From contig RDEW01000014.1 in assembly GCA_011109175.1 (NCBI GenBank), positions 620,001 to 684,000 on the forward strand: a stretch of DNA of 64,000 nucleotides, read 5' to 3'. The stretch comes from Dicyema japonicum (Eukaryota; Animalia; Dicyemida). Positions 13,051 through 28,021 of this stretch are shown one piece after another. Position 1 is the stretch's first letter; the number at the start of each line of letters is the position of its first letter. Under the pieces are notes generated by a model, which did not search any database, was not told the origin of the DNA, and worked only from the letters and a program-made list of their open reading frames with translations. The translations under genes were made by a program, and so were the position numbers.

Positions 13051-13679
13051 TAAATTCAGAATAAACGTAACCACATACAAATATAATTACTATTTTAATT
13101 TCAAAGTTAGGTTAAAACAAAAATAAAATTTAAATATTCAATTTTAAAAACAATAAATTTTTTTACAAAAATAAATTATCTTTCTTTTTTCGAATTTATA
13201 GTCAGTGATTTAAGTTCGGTTATGACATAATATCAGGATGGTTCAATACCACAAGAGCCGGACAAAATCCAGATGGTTCTGGTTTGTATCTAGCTTTTGT
13301 TCATTCTAGCAAAAGGTCCCAAGAATTTTACGATGATTTTTGGATCGACGAGTAACGTAATCATCAGTGATACATCGCTACGGGGTCGGATTGTCTTCAA
13401 AGACTCACACGCTGCCAAAAGGAAAAGAAGTTAAGAGTATTCTTGATGTCTTGGCCTCATTCATACTATTATTTTTACTAAAAGAAATGCGTGTTAGATA
13501 TTAGATAATGGCGGGAACACTACAGGGATACTGAATCACAGAATTATACATGTTTAACACGTTTTTGTGTTCTTGGAATTAAGTAAATAAAATGGTAATT
13601 TGAACCTGTTTTACTGCTTTTTGTTTATTTCTTAATTCTCTAAAAATCATCGTTTCTTAACAATCGATGTGGTGCTACG

Positions 13680-13976
13680 TGCTAATTGGTTGAAGTTCTC
13701 TGATTGTTTTGTTTGTTCCTTCCCATTCCCTTCCTATTAGAGTGGCGTCATGTGATCCACTTGTCTAGGTGGCGCCCAGTGCCAGGCCGGCACGAAAAAG
13801 GATCACTTGCTCTCCCCACTCCATTGGAGGGGATTCCACAACTGCACATATGGACGTCTTTTACCCTTCATGCTGATTCCGGATGGAGTCTGTTTCTGTA
13901 GAAGTGGAAACTGGATACACTTAATTAGTTGTTTACTTTAACTTCTTTCTCGGTGTATCCGGGGTTAATAAATAAA
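13680..13976 (+). mobile_element. SINE family B copy, preceded by a decayed family A copy at about 13230-13500
   Basis: Colinear with 6250-6560 (catgtgatc..tgtcta, ccattggagggg, actggatacac.taattagt). Confidence 0.7.
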
Positions 13977-13989
13977 CTGTGCAAGGCTC

Positions 13990-14560
13990 CCAGTTTGGTC
14001 TTTAAGTGTTTTTGAGAGCTTTTAAAATTCTCATTTTCTTCAGAGCAACCTTTGTGTTAATCTCATCCAGCGTTTTCTATTCTTCATCTTAATCCTTAGT
14101 GTACCTAGATCGTCCCTCGTTTTCAGACTCAGACAAAGGTTCTTATTCAGGTAGTTGTCGATCTTCCACAGAAGCCACCGATTCCATAACAATTGAAGTA
14201 CACATCCACAGCATCATTTTCCAGGGAGCATCAACGTCCAACCGCAGAATTGACAAAAAATCTTTCCACTTTTATATTTGTAGAAAATTTTTGGAAATGT
14301 CATATAGTTTTGAGTTGGTTATTTTCTTTGGAATTTCAGTAGCTTGTCGGAGTTGAGTTCAGTGGAATTAGTCCAGTTTTTCTAGCTCACTCTCAGAAAT
14401 GCCTCAATTCCCAGAATTGTAAGTTAGGACTGGGAGTACGAAAGAGTTGTAAATTCTTAATCACTGGCGTCGCTAAAATTTTTCTGCGTATTACATCTTT
14501 TGAGCCTCAACCGGTCTTCAGAGAAATTCCGAGAAATCTGCTACCAATGTGAGTTTACAA
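13990..14560 (-). mobile_element. Highly decayed RTE 3' fragment
   Basis: Remnants of FH.TQLRQ, PKKITNSKLY, ILRLDVDAP. Confidence 0.55.
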
Positions 14561-14948
14561 AGATCAAGTATCTGGGTGGATATGAAAGCTACTACCATTT
14601 ATTTACCCCGGAGTAACTTCAATTGAAAGAAACGTATGACTAACAAGAAAATAACTTTTAAAAGGAAATGTTCCAATAGATATCTTGTGTGGCGCAGCAC
14701 TCGAAAGCAGATCAGGACAAGAAAATAGATGGCCCGTCTTATGGTCGTCTAAAAGGCAGGAATGGCATAGCGACGAAGACGATCGTCCAATTCTGTTCAA
14801 ATAGTCTTGTAAATCTATGTAATAATTAAGCAATGCCATCTATAGGTCTTATAAATTAGGGAAATGTAATAAAAATGGGATATATAGCTGGAAATGTCAA
14901 GAAGATTCCGAATTTAGTGCAAACAAAACTTAATAAATCTGTCTAAAT

Positions 14949-15693
14949 AAGCGTTTCTCAATGGGGTCTCTGGGGACCCATTTCTTTCCAGACAAAATAT
15001 TCATGTGAAGGCGCTATTTCACAATATTAAATCAATTTGAACATAAAATTAGGGGTCTCCAGAAAATATTTTCTAGATTCTGAGGTCCCCTGAAAAAAGG
15101 TTGAGAAAGATATTACTATATTAACGTGGCGTCATGCGGTTCACCTGGTGTTGTGGTGGCGCTCAGTGCAATTTTGCATGGAAGAGAACCGTTTGACTTT
15201 CCCTACCTTTCTGCGATTTTCAGAAGGGTGGCTTACCAACTCCCCCGTTTACAAGTAATCATACCGACCATTGAATATGCCTGCTCCGCCTGGAGGTTTG
15301 CGATTCCCCTTTCGAGAGTGGACCGTTTGTACTCCCTCAGGCGGAAAATTATGCACCGCACGGACATCCCCATTGGCGACCTCGTTTCTGATGAGACAAC
15401 GTTGAAAAATGGCCAGGGTTTCCTACGTTTCTGCAAGGAACTGGGAAACCCATTCAAGGTAAAGGTGACCCATACAGAGGAATTTCGGTCGGCAATAAAA
15501 AAGTGCACGCCGATTGAAATCCTTTGCAGAAGCAAGAGAAGACGCTTCCGGAGTGCGGTTGGATCATCAGAAGACCAATTGAAGAAAGTCCGGATGTTGC
15601 TGGAAGCTGGAATCACCTAATTAGATAGTTTTGACCTATCTTTCCTGGTGGTCTTGAAGTTAAATAAATAAATAAAAAGGTTGAGAAACGCTG
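14949..15693. mobile_element. hAT (Charlie-type) MITE interrupted in its right end by a retroelement
   Basis: TIRs agcgtttctcaa / ttgagaaacgct; 8-bp TSD gtctaaat (14941-14948) / atctaaat (15694-15701). Confidence 0.8.
15109..15673 (+). mobile_element. Short internally deleted non-autonomous Vingi/Ingi-like element
   Basis: 15-bp TSD aaaaaggttgagaaa (15094-15108, 15674-15688); family 5' motif joined to post-RT PTIEYACSAW region; (TAAA)n tail. Confidence 0.75.
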
Positions 15694-15878
15694 ATCTAAA
15701 TTGATAAGTGAATATGTCACTTATGACAACTACATTGGATTGATTGACATACCTCTTAAGACAGTATTTTGTATATAGGCTTGTAAATACTTATCAACTG
15801 CTAACTCCCCTAAATATCCCTTGTGGTACTTGGAGACAATTCCTTAACACGTCATTGCATATGGTATGACGAGGACCT

Positions 15879-16141
15879 CCCCCCCCCGAATATCGCAATG
15901 GAAGATTACTACTCCTCTAATGTAAAAAACTTTTGTGGAAGACCGAGACAACCCTCCTGGTCGTTTACAAAACTATCTGAAAGCTGTGAAGAAAAAATTG
16001 GCATCTGGTGACGATCTGGACACACTGAGGGACCTGGCTAAGAACAGAAGACCTTGGAGCAAGCTAACTCTTTCTCTTATATTTTTTGCTGCACATGCGG
16101 ACCTATAAATATTATGGCTCTCGTGAAAGTGCTAATAATAA
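15879..16141 (+). mobile_element. 5'-truncated RTE copy
   Basis: 14-bp TSD tatgacgaggacct (15865-15878, 16142-16155); near-identical to 8302-8580. Confidence 0.9.
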
Positions 16142-16550
16142 TATGACGAGGACCTTGTATCATGCTTAATTCGTCTGCCAGAGGCTTATACTTATGTTTC
16201 TTATCGACCCCACCGTCTGCAAACAATCTAGCGATGTAATCCGAGTCTCCACAATAAAAATTGTGCTCGACAATAATAGGAAGTCAGAATATCGCTATCG
16301 ACCTTTATTGATACTCAGTCATTCTATACTACACACTGGACCTTCAATTAACTTTCTGATTTTTGATTCCATAATTTTTGCAAATGTGTTTCGGACGACT
16401 TCATAATGTCGCCATATGTAATCATGACGCAGCATACACACGCATTTAGTGGCAAAATGATCAACAGATATACATCCTCGATTCACTCCCAAACTGGTTC
16501 CTGTCTTGAAGTTATATAATGCCTTACTTCAAGGTGTATTATTAACCACG

Positions 16551-16770
16551 TTGGCTTGACGAGTGCCGCCGTCATCAGTGAACTTCTCAATGCGGAACCG
16601 GATCGTCTACGAAAGGACTCACATCAAACAAACAAAAAAAGAAAAAAGAAGTGAAGATCATTCCTTGGTTCTCTCTAAAATTATTTATCCTAACTTCTTT
16701 ACTTAAAATAAAGTGTGTGTCCTGTCTGGGAGGAACTATAGCTATATGGCTCTATGTAAAGTGAAGGATT
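16551..16770 (+). mobile_element. SINE family A copy lacking its head
   Basis: gcttgacgagtg.cgccgtcatc...gaaccggatcgtcta...gaagatcattccttgg...acttaaataaagtgtgtgtcctg shared with 31261, 32221, 37768, 61839. Confidence 0.8.
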
Positions 16771-19700
16771 ATTTTATTAAACACGTTGTTGAAAACTTAA
16801 TATCAACACGTGGGTTATCCATTGACTTCTATATTTATCATGGTACATTTCCTATCAGACATACTGATCCAACCACCAGGGTGTCATGCATCTTGAGGAG
16901 GATGCGCTCGATCAGGTGAGTCACTCCACACAACAGCCTCTTTATTCCAAACTCGGACATGGACTTGGTTATCCCTCAATACTTGTCTGATCATATGATC
17001 AACGTCATCGTACTCACACGACTCGAACTCTACTACCCCCACGTAATAATTAAGCAATGAAATTGCACACTCATTTAATGTTTCGAACAAATCCCGTTCA
17101 TTTAGTCGCATCCTTTGTGTTAATTAATAGATTCATTTGTAGCGTGGCGTTATGTGGTCCACCAATTCAAAAAATTCAAAAGGATTTGGCAACACCCAGA
17201 GGGCTTCTAATACCCTCCCGAAAAGGACCAGTAGACCCCTTCCCCCTGGGGTCATTATCGACTCCCGGCGATGCGTTTCAAGAAAGTCCAAACATTCCCG
17301 GCGAAAACCCTCAGCCCACTGTGGAATAAGAAATTTACTGCTCTCCAAATAAACATCAACGGAATTAAAGAAAAGGTCAGGGAACTCCGGTCAATCCTGG
17401 CAAATCAAAAGATCGACGTGGCCATGATTCAAGAAACTAAACTCCGCATGCATGATTCCACTCCTTCATTCCCTGGATACGAGGCAATCAGGATGGACCG
17501 TAAAAAGAGAAGAGGTGGTGGACTACTTACTCTATTCAAAAAGAACATGAAATGCAGAGACATTACTTCGGAAGTGAAAAAACTTGTTAGAAATGACGAG
17601 GTTACTGAGGCAATAGGAATCTTGCTTGGGACAACGAAAGGAAGTATGTGCCTCGTGAATATCTACTTGCCTCCTTCCGGCTCCTGCCCAAAGGACTATG
17701 TTATTCCAAACCTATCAAGATTGGCTATCTACGATGAGATCATCATATGTGGAGATTTAAACGCAAAGCACCCATTATGGTTGTCAACCTAACTGACCGA
17801 CACGAGAGGGAAGCTATTGTTATTGAAATCGGACTCCCTAACGATACTGAACAATCCAGCGAAAAATACAAGGACCCCACTAGAGAGACTGATCAGCTTA
17901 CCTCACCAGATTTAACACTCTGCTCATCGTCGCTTTCATCAAAAATTGATTGGCCAGTCCTCTACGAAACAAGAAGCGACCATAATCCAATTGTGATGAA
18001 GGTCATGAGAGAAGTCAGAGTTAGGAGAACACCTGCTAGTTATAACTACAAAGCTGCTAATTGGGAATTGTATCGCGCAATCTCTGATGATAGACTGAAG
18101 AATTGTTACTTGGTCATCTTCAAATCGCCAGAAAAAGCGATCAAATACTTTACTTGCACAATCCTAAAAGAAAGATCAATGGCTATTCCCAAGCATTGTC
18201 TAAACTCCTCTAATGGTCGAGGGAAGTCGGCATTGATCAAAGAAAGAAATCACCTCAAAAAATCTAATTGGATCACATTAAAAACGAAACTCCGGATCAG
18301 AGCTCCAAACAACGAAATAAAGGCCAGAGAGTTCAAGGCCCAGAAATTGAAGTGGAATCGGATTCTTACAAAGGTAAATCGCAACCGTAGTACCGGAGAA
18401 ATGTGGAAAGCCATCCGAAATGTTGCAAAGGGAGAAGAAACCTCCCCGAGGATGACTATACTCAACGAGACGTTAACAATTTGATAAAATTCTACACAAA
18501 AATTTCGTACAAAGAACACAGGAAGTTGGAAGAGCATCTCACTTTATGGAGAAATCTGAAGAAGAATTCTAACCCAGTATACTTCTCGGATAGAAACGTG
18601 AAAAATGCGCTGCGTTATACAAGAACAACGTACTCTGCCGGTCCGGACAACATTCCAGTAGTGTTATTGAAGCACCTTGGAGATATTGAAGTCGGTTTTC
18701 TAACGTCGCTGTATAACTATTCAATTAATTGTAATGTAATACCGTTGTTATGGAAGCAAGCCAACATCAGACCTATACTGAAACCTGGAAAACCTAAGGG
18801 AGATCTGGCATCATTTAGACCTGTGTCATTGTTATGTTCCATATCGAAAATCCTGGAAAGGCTTGTGCTTGGGAGAATCAAGGCTTTTTACCAGAAAAGG
18901 ATTTTAAACACGGATTCAAGAGAGATTGTTCTACATCAACATACCTACAGAAATTAACCAACTTCATTAGAGATGGTTTTCAAACAAACCAAGGCATTTG
19001 AAGACAGTTTATGTTCCATTGATATTAACAAGGCCTTTGATTCTATTTCGAGAAAAATATTATCAAAGAAAATTTTTCCAAGCTTAAACTTTGGATAACA
19101 AATTTCTTAAGTGGACGAAGGGACGTGTATGCCTCGGAGGACTGAAATCAGTCTCACGTCTTCTCCCAAACGGTGTTCCCCAAGGATCTCCTTTATCCCC
19201 CGCCTTATTCAATTTATCCCTGGCAGACCTCCCGACACCGGAATCCAATAACGATGTTCTACTCACATATGCGGACGACATTGTTTTGGCCTCGCGTGAT
19301 CGGGATATCCAAAATGCTACAGAAAGATTACAAATTAACCTGGACCGACCCACGATAAATTCCATAAAGTCGGTCACGTCTATGTTTACTTCGGACAAAA
19401 GGTTGGGGAAGATGATTTTCAAGTTAAAATTGGACAACATTGAAATCCCCTTCACCAAATGTCAGAAGTTCCTGGGCCTGACACTGGATACACACTTATT
19501 TTTGTCACCACACGTGGCAAACATTGTTCTGAAATGCGAGAAGAGGATCAATATATTAAAATGTTTATCTGGAATATGCAAGACAGGTACCCACCCAGTC
19601 TTGATGAACATTTACAAGCAATACATCGAACCATGCTTCTCGTACGCGTGTGGTTCGTGGGGACCTTCATTATCATGGACGAACACTAAGAAAATTTATG

Positions 19701-20530
19701 ACGTTCAAAAGAAGGGCTTTCAGAATGACGGAGCGGTGGTCTTGTGGGAGACATAGAACCGGACCGACTACTCTGGAGGCCCTCATTAAACAAAACTCCG
19801 GCATGCGGGAAGGTGGCTCTGCAAATACAATCAGCCGCCCTGTACGAGTTGTGTGGGTACGAGGGAGGTGCACCGGGAAAGAATGAGGATTTTGGCAAAG
19901 CGCATCGGGATCACATGATAGTTAGTTTTGGTTTTACCGTGGTCTTGGGTGTTAAATAAATAAATAAAAATTTAGTCGCATAGAAATGATGCCCTGGTTC
20001 ATATTCTGCCAATTATTTGTTTTTTGGTTTCGGGAAGAATCAGAGACTATGACTCTCAGTAATACCAAAGTATTTATATCCGTCGTGGTCTTCTACCAGC
20101 CTCACCAAATCTCCACACAAATGAGAATTGGTTTCTGACTTAAAAATTAATTTCCAAACAGTTTTCTTCCAGAAACCTGCGGACACATTCACTCCATGGA
20201 ATTGAGATTTTTAGCAGACCGAGAGAACAGTTTTATGTCATCAATGAACATAAGGTGATTCTTACTTAAACAAACCTCCTCAAGAATGAAGGACACTTGT
20301 TAGAATCGGGAAGTCTGCTCAACCGTTTGAGACAGCACGGACATACTAATCCCCATTTAATAGTAACCTCACCGATATTATGCTTATGTGCAGATAAACA
20401 CTTTACCTCATGACGGACATAATAAAATGAGTAAACCACACAGGCAGACAATGGCAGCGCAGCACTCGATAATGTAGCCATGATCACCAGAATCAAGAAA
20501 AGGTGTTTTTTTAATAATTTAATCATTAGG
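16770..20530 (-). mobile_element. Decayed R4-like (RLE) non-LTR element split by the 17112-19969 insertion
   Basis: NHLMFIDDIKL (about 20230), KYFGIT, LNERDLFETLNECAISLLNYYVG; the frame is interrupted exactly at the 12-bp TSD. Confidence 0.7.
17112..19969 (+). mobile_element. Near full-length (2.86 kb) Vingi/Ingi-like LINE, APE plus RT, frameshifted
   Basis: LQININGI, IQETKL, CGDLNAKH, SDHNPI, SAGPDNI, FRPVSLL, GVPQGSPLSPALFN, YADDIVL; (TAAA)n tail; 12-bp TSD atttagtcgcat (17100-17111, 19970-19981); clade assignment inferred from short single-ORF layout. Confidence 0.85.
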
Positions 20531-20644
20531 GAGATTTTTTTAACTTTATACTTTCAAATTTTTTCCCTAAAAATTGACTTTATTGAGTTTAAAATTTCAA
20601 AAATTTGACCTTTTTGACAAATTATTTCAACTTATGCAATTCCA

Positions 20645-20790
20645 TAAGAGTCGGGCAATTCCCTGACGTCCCCGGGTTCGAATCTCGCTGCTATATGCTC
20701 CGGCTGAAGGTTCCTTCACATCTATGATGCTTTGGGTATGACTAAAGAAAATTTCTTGGTTCCTTCTTCTCTGTCAAAGATTTGTTAATT
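20645..20790 (+). mobile_element. SINE family A head with internal deletion; an isolated tail lies at 21320-21400
   Basis: B-box ggttcgaatc followed by tcgctgct...cggctgaaggttc...catcta.gatgcttt. Confidence 0.7.
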
Positions 20791-20869
20791 AACAAGTTCC
20801 AAAGTAAAACGAGTAAATTATCTAATCAAGGGGATTTTAGTTTAGATTGTTGGTAATCCCTCTTCTTCT

Positions 20870-21320
20870 CTTAGAAGAAGAGTGTGCCATCAACTCCCTG
20901 TTATTCCCCATCTCCACATCAGAGTCAGTCGAAATATCTTTGTTAGTGTCCAGTGGAATGTCGTCACGGTATGCCAGTTCCACAAGTTGAGAGGAGAAGT
21001 GGTGCACTCTTCATCAGAAACCTTCATCCCGTGTTTGTTAGCATGCTTTCGAGAGTCCTTTTACAACTGACAGATGTATGTTCTAGTTGCTCCTTCAACA
21101 GATTGTTTATCAAAATAGTTTTTGAAGCATTTCGAGACAACTCCATTCCAGGTCATAACCAGTGAGATAATCTTTACTTGACAATTGTAGAGAAGCGAAA
21201 GCTCACTTGATAGGTGATCGTGCTTGTGACATTTTTTTACTTCCACCTGTTTTAGGCGATCCTGAGATGTAATTCCCAGTTCTATTATAATTATCTCATT
21301 CTTGATCTTGTTTTATTCTA
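20870..21320 (-). mobile_element. RLE endonuclease C-terminal fragment of an R4-like element
   Basis: KNEIIIIELGITSQDRLKQVEVKK, SELSLLYNCQVKIISLVMTWNGVV. Confidence 0.7.
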
Positions 21321-22017
21321 TAACTTTTCTTTACTCAAATAAAGTATGTGTCCTGCCTATACGGACCTATAAATATTATGGCTCTCGTGAAAAGGATTTT
21401 TTTATTATTCCATGGAATATTCGACAAAAACCTTAATGACCTTATCGGTCTAAGAGTCGGCAGATGGGAAAAGAAAATCAGGTGGTTTTATAGCATTGAC
21501 AGCCGTAAAATAGTAATAAAATAATAAACCTGTTAATTTGAGATGTTTTGGTGCGAAAAATGGTTGTTTTTTGCAGTTACAAATGTGCCACATAAATCGC
21601 AAATCCGATTTCCTTGTAAGTTGGTAGAAAATTCATCAGAATATTTTCTAACAACAAACTTATTCATTTCAATCCCCCAAAGAACAAGAGTTAACCCAAA
21701 CTAACGAATCCCGTGATCCTGATGCGTCCCAACAGAACACTCATCCAAGCAAAGCGACACAAAGGGAATTGTCAAGGAAGCTGAGGTCGATAAGCACACA
21801 GGAGATAACAAATTTTATTAAAATGAAATAGCTACTCACGTGATCCTGACACGCTTCAACAGAGACCTCATAATGTCCTAATGCTCTTCACCTGAGTTCG
21901 CACAAGCACGTATCGGGAGTATAACCTAATGCTCATAATTGAACAGACACGCCCAAACAGGCAAATAATGTTTTTTAAGAAAATTAAAACAAAATTATTA
22001 ATAAATTATTAATAAAT

Positions 22018-24276
<2,259 letters not shown>

Positions 24277-25756
24277 TGAATTTGAAATTTTTTAATTATA
24301 AATTTCAAGTTAATTTAAGAGACCACAAAAATGAGGCTTTAACTTTTTTAAATTTTAATAAAAGTTTATAATAATAATAAACAAATTTTAATTAAATAAT
24401 TTATTTCAAAAATATTATATTTGTGACATTGGAATATTTTCAAAAATATCACGAATTTTTATTTCCATGTAGAATTATTTTTTATGTCCAAATTTATGAT
24501 ATTTAAATTGCTCTTTTAATTGACGCAGTAATAATTGCATCTACAACAATTATTATAATTTTGATAATTTGGGAAATGACGCAAGAAAAAGCAACTTTAA
24601 TAGGACAATAAGTTTTATCGGAAATTAAGAAAATTGGGAACAAAGTACAAATACAATTCGCGAGTATTTATTTATATACCCCCAGTCCCTTCAAATAAAG
24701 GAAACTGGTTGCTAACAGTAACAATCAATGGCAGTCAAATGGATCTGATGGGGAGGGGATGTTGAATATGGGTCGGGACAAGAAAGGATGGGTTCATGCA
24801 TGCCACTTGTTCGTAAAGAAGTCTAACGGATTAGTTGTAGCTAACAGACCCAACATCTTTCCTTTACTAAGCAACTATGACATGGTATGCTTGGTAGTGC
24901 TATAGGAAGAGCATGAGAAAGCTAAAATTTTATCTATTAAACCCTCTAGGGACCTTGTTCCCTTTCATTTTGGTTTCTTCCACTATGAATGTAGGAACTA
25001 AAAAAACATCGAATGAACGAAAAGTCTCCTAACTTATAGACAAGAATGATGATCGCTTAGCCTAGTGATAACTGGTAGGTTGACGGATCTCTATTGCATT
25101 AAATGTCTACTCAGCTCTATGATCGATGAAAACCTTTTTCTTCATTTCTGAGCATAGACAGGCGACGGACTTTTAGGAAATTGTACTTTCCATCTGCGAG
25201 ATGTCCATCACTTTTGCGACATTAGGATTCGCAGGCACTGGTTCTGTATTATTTCTGGTTTGTTGTGTGGATATTGATAAGGATGTAATTTCACCCCCAC
25301 AAGCATGTTAGATTGTTAGTAGAATATATTTTTCGTGGTTTAAAATTGTACTGGAATGCAGGAAGCTCTAACGAGGGAGCAAGGATTAGTTTTTCCAGTG
25401 TCCGCGAGGGTACATAGAGGATTGATACTTGGCGGTAAGACCACGGGCCGTCTAGAGACTGTTTCGTTTCGGGATTGGACGTATCAAGATTTCTTCCATA
25501 ATGTAAGAATTACATTTCTATTTATCGAGTAATTAAAAATTTAGGTAAGGGCTCGATTGTCAATGGTCCCACGAGTTTCAATTCGGTTGTGAAAACATCA
25601 TTCGCTCCTCTGAATATTGCATTCTTATGTATTTGAACGCAGGGAACACTTTCAGTGGTGTAAAATATTCAGTATATAGATATTTCTTCATTTTGCGTTG
25701 ACTTTCTATTTTCAAGTGTGGTTTATGGCTTACACTTACATAGAATTTCATATATA

Positions 25757-26585
25757 CAGTAAGTCCTTTAAATTGGCCCAAAATTGTTCCTGAACTATTT
25801 GTGGCCAATTTGAGAATTTTGCCAATTTGGGAATTTGAAACACCTGGTATTTCAGATTTTGAAATCATAACTGGCTTTAATTTATGGGTTCCAGTTATAT
25901 TTGTACATAACATAATTGAAACCCGATCTTTGAAATTTTTATATCCACCAAATCGTGTTTTTTCATATGCTCTTGACGGAATCAGTACATAATAATGTCC
26001 TATCTCGTCCATATTTTAAATTTCGTCTTCTTTATAATGTTTGGAAATTTCTTCACTGATCTACAAATTTTTCTAGGTTAGGTTGTTTGTCAGTTATCAT
26101 TTCCCCGTGTAATTTATGCATTCGAAAACCAAGTTAGTATCAAGTTCAGGAAATTTTAACGATTTGCATGTCTTTGTAGGAATATAATTTTTAGATGTTT
26201 TTAATATGGACTTTAGGAAATTAAGGAATATTATTCACTGTTTTTTTTTAAATTCGAATATGAAATAAAATAGAAAATCTGAGAGTGATTGTTTGGCACG
26301 GTGTAGTATTATTCTAGTCTTAATACCTAAAAATTTCGAGTTTTTTGAAAACAATTAAGCCTTGACGAGAAGCTTTCGAACACGTGGTAAAATTTTTAGT
26401 CTGAAATTTTGATTTTTTAATAAAACAATTGAAAAAGATTAGTAATTTTATATTTTTTAATAATTTATGTTTTCAATTTGAAATTGGCTAATTTCTTAGG
26501 AAAATTGGCTTTTTTGAAACCCTGACGTGAACTTTTAGCCATAAATTGGCCAATTTAGGGTTGGCCAATTAGAGGGACTTCACTG
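25757..26585 (-). mobile_element. pogo/Tigger-like DNA transposon, internally deleted
   Basis: TIRs cagtaagtcctttaaattggcc / ggccaattagagggacttcactg flanked by TA; MDEIGHYY, KDRVSIMLCTNITGTHKLKP. Confidence 0.85.
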
Positions 26586-26599
26586 TATATAAATCATGG

Positions 26600-27625
26600 T
26601 TCATTTTTTGTGTTTGCTGGAAAGGAATCTTCGAGTTTCCGCACTGTTCTCCATAAGGACTATGTCTTTGTGTTTCTGTTGATGGCTACCAAGGCCACAT
26701 TCCATTTTAATCTTTTGCGGGCCCGAAAAATCACCTCATTAATGAATCCGACGGAACGTCGATCGACGGAAAATTCTCTATTTGGAAAAAGTATAAGCAG
26801 TTTTCATTGAAAGATGTGAACTGGGGACAGATCGCACGTAAGAAGTTGATATAAGTATTACGGGTTCTTGTCTCCCAGGACTCTTCAGAGTATTATAATG
26901 TGATCCGTGTGTAAATCATAAATGACGTCCCACGTGATTGTGGAAGCAATAGATGAGGCTGCAAGAGAGATGTGGTAAGGTTTGGAGTTACCTCTTCTGG
27001 ATGGGGTTCTTGTTTGTTTGTTCCGGTAATTCAGGATTAATAAGTCATCAATGCTGTCTAATATTATGATTTCTCTTTAGTCTAGTGGTTGGTTTTTATA
27101 CAAAAAGGACTCTACGCTCATATCGCCACAAATTAGAACTTCTTCCATTCTGGTAGTGACCAAGTGGACAGTAGCCACGATAGTATGGAAATACAGAAAG
27201 GATATAAATGTTGACTATCTGTTCAAGCGGATCTACCGGGTTTAAAAGATTCGATATTCTGTTTGATAAGTCTACTACATTGATCTGATTTATTACCATG
27301 GTAAAGAAGCCTCCACCTTTTTCAAATTTTCGGTTTCTGTGGAACACAGAATATCCTGGGAAAGATAGAGTCAAGTTTTTATGAGTTAATTTGTCTCTTG
27401 AATTAAGGTGATATCCACAGAGTGGGATTGAATAAAACGTCGTAGTTAATTGATCTTTGTACAAATTCCATTTATGGGCAATAATCAATCTTACTGCTTG
27501 ATTAGGTTCGACATCACCGGAAATAATCAAAAATTCAAGACACCATCCACGACTCCATGAGAAAGGATAGGGGTTGCGGCTTTTTTTACATCCAGTGTGC
27601 AATGCCACCAGCCACGCGATTTTTT
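26600..27625 (-). mobile_element. Decayed Vingi/Ingi-like 5' region (2A-like motif plus APE remnants)
   Basis: LIISGDVEPN, FPGYSVFHRNR..GGG. Confidence 0.7.
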
Positions 27626-28021
27626 TAAAGGATAGTAAGTCTAATTCTTTAGTTGTGAGTAATAGTACTCTTCCATTAAATTAATTATTAAAATATTCCC
27701 AAGACCAAGGATAAAACCAATCTAACTAATTCTCAGATCCTGACGTGTTCCAGAAGAACCCTCACTAAAGGACAGTGGTCAAAGGACGTTGTCTGGTAAG
27801 CTGAGGTCGATTTCAGAACTTGTCTCCAGTGTACTGAATAGATGGATCCTTTTGATTGCCGACCAGACATTAGACGTCATCTGAGTAAAGCGGATCCGAT
27901 AATGTCATCAAAAGGAAGAGAAATCTTCAATCAAGTAGCCACGAACACCACGCGGCAATACATTGGTGGGAGTATAGTTAAATTACAGAAATTACAGACA
28001 CAATACTAAAATATCAAAAAA

